Under the pieces are notes generated by a model. That model was given only the letters and a program-made list of their open reading frames with translations, was not told the DNA's origin and did not search any database. From assembly GCA_963815215.1 (NCBI GenBank), contig CAWFFU010000004.1, positions 147,065-211,064 of the forward strand: a DNA stretch of 64,000 bases, read 5' to 3'. Positions 58,214 to 64,000 of the stretch are shown here, piece by piece. Position numbers and translations under genes: made by a program. Source of the DNA: an uncultured Trueperaceae bacterium. Its GTDB lineage: Bacteria > Deinococcota > Deinococci > Deinococcales > Trueperaceae. Numbering within the stretch: the stretch's first letter is position 1; every line of letters begins with the position of its first letter.

Positions 58214-60149
58214 CTACGCAGGCACCCTGCCGGCCCCGCCGCGGGCGTCTCCCCGGTCCGGGTCAGGGAACACGTTGATGGCAAGGATCATCGGGAACAG
58301 GACCCCAGAGTAGAACAGTGTGAAATCGAACAGGTTCAACGCGAGGACCGCCAGGACCGGAATCAATGCCGGCCAGCGGCCACGAGTCCACGCTTGGATG
58401 AGGAATGCCAGGGTGAGCCATAGGATCGACAAGAGTCCTGCCACACCGTAGGCCGAGGCGTACTGCAGCCATAGATTGTGGGCGTGGTGGATCACTTCGA
58501 CAGCGCTGGGATGTCGACTTCCAGTATTGGCTGAAGTCCATTTGCGTTGCAGAGAGCCCTGTCCAGGGGTGTTCCTGCCAGGCCTGGAACGCAGCCTTCC
58601 AGATTTCGGTACGCGGGGTCTCCTGCCCCACGTTGACGGGGGCGAGCCGGTCGAGGGGAGAGTGGGGGACGAAACTCGAGACGACCACGAGCATCACGAC
58701 GACGGTGAGCACCCCCAACACCAGCAGGCTTGCGAAGCGGCGGAGCCGCGGTCGGGTCAACACGAGGGCGCTTAGGGCCAGGATTGCGACGACAAGGGCG
58801 CTCCGTCCGCCGGCGAACCAGAGGTCTCCCATCCCGACGGCGACCGCAAGCCAACTCCACAGCGGGGTTGACGTGAAGCCGACCGCGAGGAGCGTCGAAG
58901 CCACGAGACTGTGAGCGAGGAGGTTGGGCTGGCCAGTCCACGCGCTCTGACGTCGGAGGCGCATGACGGGGCGGCCGGCCCCTGCGTTGGTGCTTAGTCG
59001 CGTTCGACGAAGGCGGATGTCGGCACCGTCGGGAACACTGACCATCACTGTCAGGACGTCGTTCGGCGCTTCGGCACGGATCGGCGAGGAGACCGCGAAG
59101 GTGTGCCAGGCACCGTCAGGAACGAAGCCGAAGGTGCGTCCCCCCGGCCCTTGGGACGGGCCAAGAAGAGTGAGGCCGATAGCGGCGGGGAGCAAGGGCT
59201 GGATGCGCACCCAACCCGCGTCTCCCTTGCGCCACAGGCTCACGTCCCGTACGTCGATAGTATGGCCATTGAAGTTGTTCACGACTACGTGGATCGTTCT
59301 GCCGGGCGCAGTGCGAGGAGCGCTCCATTGGAAGTCGACCTTCGTCCAGGTAGCGTTCACCGGGACGGACTTGCAGTGACTGGCGCCACCGGGAACCCAG
59401 ACCTGGATCCAGAACCCCCGGCACGCGGCGACGGGCACCTCCGTGGCGGATCGAAGCCAACCGACCACCCTGAACGTCGACCCTGCAACAGGTTGTCCCG
59501 TGTCCGCGCGGCGTTCGGCATAGGGGTCACCGCCCGCCGGGAACATGAGGCGGTCAAACGGTCCGAGTCGTCCGTTTATGCGTGTCGACTGGACGCCGTC
59601 GTGAAGGTTCCAGCCGCCGGCAACCGCGCCTTGTGCCAACCGGGCATCGAGAGAAACGTTGACGGTTGTGGCTCCCGAAGGCACATGCCACGCCCGGTCT
59701 CGCACGCCGGAGACAAGCTGCGATCCTTGTGTCAAGGACGTCAGGGCTTGCGCCACCATGTCGTCGGTCGCCCAGGTATTCCATAGACGCGGACTCGACA
59801 ACTGGGCGAACAACATGCCTGGAAGAGGATCCCGAGGCCGATCGTCATGGCCCTACCGATGACCCTCGCCCGACCCGAGAGCAGCCAGCCGGCGGCGATT
59901 CCGAGAGCGGCCTGGAGCGAGGTCGTCGCCAGCAGTCGCGGTTCCCGGATCACGATCGCCAGGGTCGCGATGGGGGCCCAGTAGCCGATCCAGACGAGGA
60001 TGAAGGGCGCAAGGCGTTGGTGCCGTCCCGAGAAGAGGGTGTGGAGCGCCAGGATGCCCGCGCCGACCCCGGGCGCCAGCGGCAGGAGCCCCCTCCATGG
60101 CCTGGAACCACCCGCACTGGGATGGACTCGAGCGTGGTTTCGGTTTCAC
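58214..60149 (-). pseudogene. Second O-antigen-ligase-like protein with a large beta-rich domain; frameshifts at ~60090, ~59817 and ~58500
   Basis: Fragments join as TM N-terminus / beta-rich domain / QPNLLAH...RTEIWKAAFQAWQEHPWTG / HHAHNLWLQ...NLFDFTLF. Confidence 0.7.
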
Positions 60150-61287
60150 GGGCGGGCGTGTCGAAGCGCGGAATTCACCACCGAGCTGAAGTTCTTGCGG
60201 AATGCCTCCGGCGAGAACCGCATGGTGGCGGCTCGCATCCCTTCCCGATCGAATCGATCCTCATGGGTCTCCAGCGTACGTATCGCTGCTGCCACGGCGT
60301 CCGGAGTCTGTTGATGGAAGAAGGTCCCACTCGGCGCGGGAGTGTCGAGATCCCTTACCGTCTCCAAGCTCCCACCGCGCGCAAGGGCCACGACGGGCGT
60401 CCCGCAGGCTTGGGCTTCCACCGACGTGATTCCGAAGTCCTCTTCGGCGGCGATAAGGCACCGTGCGCTCATCATGTGCTCCCGCACGACCGCGAAGGGC
60501 TGACGGCCCAGGAGCGTCACGTTCGGCCCCGCCAAGGCCCTCACCCTCTGCTGCTCAGGGCCGTCGCCGATGATGACGAGGCGGCGGTCCGGGAGCAACT
60601 CGAACGCCTCGGCGAGGAGAGCGACCCGCTTGTAGGGGACCAGTCTAGATACAACGAGGTACAATGCGGGATCGCGGTCCGTTCCGAGGTCGAACGCCGT
60701 GACGTCTACAGGCGGGTGCACCACGTCGGAGGCTCTGCCATAGACCTTCCGGATACGACGGCCGATGAACGCGGAGTTGGCCACGAACCTGTCCACACCG
60801 GTGGCGGTACGCGCATCCCAGATCCGCAGGTAGTGCAGCATGGCTCGAGCCGCCACACTCCGAAGCCCCCGCGTCATCCCGGCCTCCTGCAGGTATCGGT
60901 GCTGGAGATCCCACGCATAGCGCATCGGCGAATGGACGTAGGAAACGTGAACCTGGTCGGGACCGGTGATCACCCCCTTGGCCACCGCGTGCGAACTCGA
61001 GAGCACGAGATCGTATGCGGACAGATCCAGTTGCTCGATCGCCACCGGCATGAGCGGGAGATAGCTCCTGAAGCGCTTCCGCGCGAACGGCAGGTTCTGC
61101 ACGAAGGTGGTCTTGGCGGATCGACCTCCGAGCCGTGGCCGGTCGGCCGATCGAGGAAGTCGACGACCGAGAATAGGTCCGCCTGGGGGAAGGTCTTCAG
61201 GATCTCCTCCACCACGCGCTCGGACCCCGCGAAGGTGTCGAGCCACTCGTGGACGAGCGCCACCCGCATGCCGTCGAATTCGGTCAT
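60146..61287 (-). CDS. GT4 glycosyltransferase (WbaZ-like), frameshift at ~61150
   Basis: MRVALVHEWLDTFAGSERV; SSSHAVAKG; YVHSPMRYAWD; SRLVPYKR; EEDFGITSVEAQACG. Confidence 0.85.
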
Positions 61288-62380
61288 GACGCGGCCGCCA
61301 CGACCTGCTCGTAGAGGGCTGCGTACTCGGCGACCACGCGGTCGCGGGTGAACGTCGATGCAACCCGTATCCTCGCGCGGTCCGTCAATGCCTTGCGGAG
61401 AGCCAGATCCTCCGTGACCTCTCGGATGGCTCTCGCGTACGACTCTGCGGATCGATCGGCGACCAAGCGTCCCGTGACGCCGTCCTCGATGATCTCGGGG
61501 ATGCCACTGACGGCTGCGGCCACCACCGGGATTCCCATCTGCATGGCTTCGACGGGTGCGATCGGAAGTCCCTCCCATCTGGACGGCAACAGGAACACGC
61601 TCGCCTGCGTCATCCGGGCAAGCGCCTCGTCCCTGGGCAGTGAACCGTGGACGGTAACAGCCTCGGTCAATCCACCCTGCGCGATGGAGGCCCGCACAAC
61701 GCTCTCGAGGTCGCCTCCTCCGATGAGGTCGAAGGTATATCCCTCAGGTGCGAGGATGCGCGCGATCTCGATGATGAGAAGTGGGTCTTTCTGTACGTCA
61801 ACCGCCCGAGGAAGGCAACGCGCTTGCTAATCGGCTCTGTGGCTGGCGGAATGTCGGCCACGTCGATACCGTTATAGATGACGCGTCGCGTCCGTCCGCG
61901 AGGTACGAGCTTCCATCGAGTGGCGATGTCGCTGTCGTAGTGGCATACGTGTACGGTGGCTGTGGTCCGTTGGCTTGACAGACGTTCCGCAGTGGCTGCC
62001 AACCATCGCAAGACGACCGGCTTGCGCAGAAAGTGGTAGCCGCGGATGGTGTACACCGAGGGCGTGTGGAGTCCGACGGAAGCGAGGGCGAAGTGGAACC
62101 CCGCGCGGGCTCCGTGCACGTGCACGAGATCGGGTTTCGCGGCGCCCACGATGCTCCTGAGGCTGAAGGCTGGGCGCGGGCTCAATCTGGACCCGAAGAA
62201 CTCCAACTCGTGAACAGCCACTCCGATTTCGCGGCCCTTCTGTGCCGCATAGGAGTCCGCATCGGTAGCGAGGTGCAAGTCGTGGTCGTATCCGGCGGAG
62301 CGGAGATCCTCGAGCAGTGCCAGGACGTTCGTTGTTCCCCCTCCAGGGCTACCGTCGGCAACAACGTGGAGTACCCTCAT
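61284..62380 (-). CDS. GT4 glycosyltransferase, frameshift at ~61793
   Basis: MRVLHVV..GGG; PDLVHVHG; IYNGID; GRLTY(Q)KDP; PSRWEGLPIAPVEAM. Confidence 0.85.
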
Positions 62381-62408
62381 GAGAACGGCTCCGATGGCGC
62401 CTTCGGAT

Positions 62409-63722
62409 TCACTTCGTGCCTCCCGGTTCGACGAGAGGCTTGGCGTCTCGTGCATTCAGAGTGGCCCCGGTTAGGGCGAGGAGTGCAGGCATGGTGCCCC
62501 AGAAGGTCATGATGTCGAGCGTGAGTGCCATTGTGATCTGGGCCAACCACACAACTGTGAGCGTCCATGCGAACGCAGATCCCAACTTCGCCTTCCGATG
62601 AAGTTGCGCAACCACCAGGAGCAGGAAGGCGCACAGCGCCGAGAAGCCGGCCAGTCCGGTCTCCACGAGAGCCCCAAGATAATCGTTGTCGGGAGGAACC
62701 TTTCCTTCACTACTCAGGGCCTTGTAGCCGATTCCAGTCACTGGATTCTCGAGCAGGAGCGGTGTGTACGTCGCCCAGTTCGCAAGCCTCCCCGACGAGA
62801 TTCGGTTCGCCGACGTAGGGGCGACGAGGGCACCGATCGTACCGTGCACCATCCTCTGGTACAGGAAGGCACCAACGCGCGCGATGCGTTGGGGGAAGAG
62901 TCCGACGGCAAGGCTCGTAGCGACCAGGGTAAGAACGAGAACGCCTGTCACGACACTGCGGTTCATGGCGCGAACGAACCTCGGTGGGGTGATGATGAGC
63001 TGGGTGATTGCAGCCACTATCAGGCCCACCAATGCCGTTCGGGAGAGGGATCCGTAGAGGGCAAGAACTCCGATTGACGCCATAGCCGCGGCATACACGA
63101 TGAGCCTGATTCTTGGGCGCCCGAGGACTAGGGGTAGAACGAGGAACCCCAGGGCAAGCCAGGTGGATGTCAAGTGCCCGTACGCGCTGCTGTCTCCGAA
63201 CACGCCGCCGGCACGGAACAGTACATGACCGGTGGGGTACCGGTATACCTTCTGGCTTCCCAATGGGATCTGGAGTAGGAACAGTACGATCCCGGCTACA
63301 ACGGAGGCACCCATTCCCATCAGCGCCCACCTGAACAGCCTTCTCAGGACGTCGTGCGGGGGCCTGATCGTGGCAGCGAGGAAGAATGGCGCGATGATCT
63401 CGAGGAAGCGCACCGCCCTTAGGAACGAACTGGCCTGGGCTCCGGACGGCTCGATCCAGAAGCACGAGACGATGATCACGGCCGCATAGAAACTGAGGGC
63501 AAGGTGAGCAGGAGACAGGTTGACGCGACCGTTCAGGACGATGAGCGCCACCGTGAGCGGGGTCAGGAGATCGAGCGGTCCGATCGGGACGCCGCCGATG
63601 TGAACGGGAGGCAGCAGGGGCACGGCCAGGCAATACAGGCCAAGAACCGCCAGTGTCGTAGGCACGCGGCCAATCCTCCAGCCGGTGAGGGTGGGAGTCC
63701 CCCGTGCCAGCGAGCGTCTCAC
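62409..63722 (-). CDS. Wzy / O-antigen ligase family membrane protein (probable polymerase)
   Basis: Multiple TM segments; FRAGGVFGD; SLSRTA; SSGRLANW...NPVTGIGY...DNDYLGALVETG. Confidence 0.8.
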   Translation of the reverse strand: MRRSLARGTPTLTGWRIGRVPTTLAVLGLYCLAVPLLPPVHIGGVPIGPLDLLTPLTVALIVLNGRVNLSPAHLALSFYAAVIIVSCFWIEPSGAQASSFLRAVRFLEIIAPFFLAATIRPPHDVLRRLFRWALMGMGASVVAGIVLFLLQIPLGSQKVYRYPTGHVLFRAGGVFGDSSAYGHLTSTWLALGFLVLPLVLGRPRIRLIVYAAAMASIGVLALYGSLSRTALVGLIVAAITQLIITPPRFVRAMNRSVVTGVLVLTLVATSLAVGLFPQRIARVGAFLYQRMVHGTIGALVAPTSANRISSGRLANWATYTPLLLENPVTGIGYKALSSEGKVPPDNDYLGALVETGLAGFSALCAFLLLVVAQLHRKAKLGSAFAWTLTVVWLAQITMALTLDIMTFWGTMPALLALTGATLNARDAKPLVEPGGTK

Positions 63723-64000
63723 GTGTGACTCGCCTCGGTCACGTCGCTGCGCCGTCGGCGTGTCGTTCCCGAGCCGAAGTCTCCGCGCTCACCGTTGGCG
63801 ATGGCTCTGCGGAGGATCCAAAGACGATGGAGCCGGCCCGTCGCTAACCCGATCGTGGCTAGCATCGCCAGGAAGACCCAGCGATTGATCAGGTACGTTG
63901 TGCGTCGTCGCAGCCAGAATTGCTTCGAGAAGTACACGTGGTTCCGCACGCTTGAGGCGATGCGATCGTCGGAGCCTGCAAGGATCAGTCTGAAGGGCAG
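63719..64000 (-). CDS. Probable GT2 glycosyltransferase, 3' end only
   Basis: Open frame to the window end; RNHVYF...RRAIANG..G pattern is typical of GT2 C-termini. Stop overlaps the next start. Confidence 0.55.
   Translation of the reverse strand: MPFRLILAGSDDRIASSVRNHVYFSKQFWLRRRTTYLINRWVFLAMLATIGLATGRLHRLWILRRAIANGERGDFGSGTTRRRRSDVTEASHT

Overview
High-GC bacterial chromosomal window. It is most likely Deinococcota, possibly Trueperales-like. This is inferred from many leaderless-type promoters, a Thermus-style pyrR-pyrB-pyrC operon and the gene content. Layout: (1) 1-23.7 kb is a large uncharacterised catabolic cluster. It encodes a TPP-dependent dehydrogenase E1 alpha (partial), a FadR/GntR regulator, a beta-hydroxyacid dehydrogenase, two aldehyde dehydrogenases, two paralogous LIV-type ABC importers and an EamA transporter. 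It also encodes an ACMSD-like amidohydrolase, a phytoene-desaturase-like FAD enzyme, a DHPON-hydrolase-like alpha/beta hydrolase, an M24 enzyme lacking most metal ligands, a Gfo/Idh/MocA oxidoreductase and an AhpD-like protein. Two homologous copies of a divergent promoter/operator cassette appear to control it. (2) 23.8-52.5 kb holds housekeeping and regulatory genes: FadF-like Fe-S oxidoreductase, PAS/GAF/HD-GYP, SCO, Crp, pyrRBC with a leader-ORF attenuator, a separated OmpR regulator and histidine kinase, peptide and sugar ABC modules, trxA, Rrf2, rhodanese, cytochrome c, dehydrogenases, a candidate 6S RNA and vapBC. (3) 52.5-64 kb is a surface-glycan locus: manC, cis-prenyltransferase, an apparent O-antigen-ligase/WbaP fusion, a second ligase-like gene, a Wzy-like gene, and GT4/GT2 genes. 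It is visibly less GC-biased beyond ~55.5 kb and has several frameshifts. No rRNA, tRNA, CRISPR array or transposase was recognised. All calls come from reading the sequence by eye; no database searches were run.
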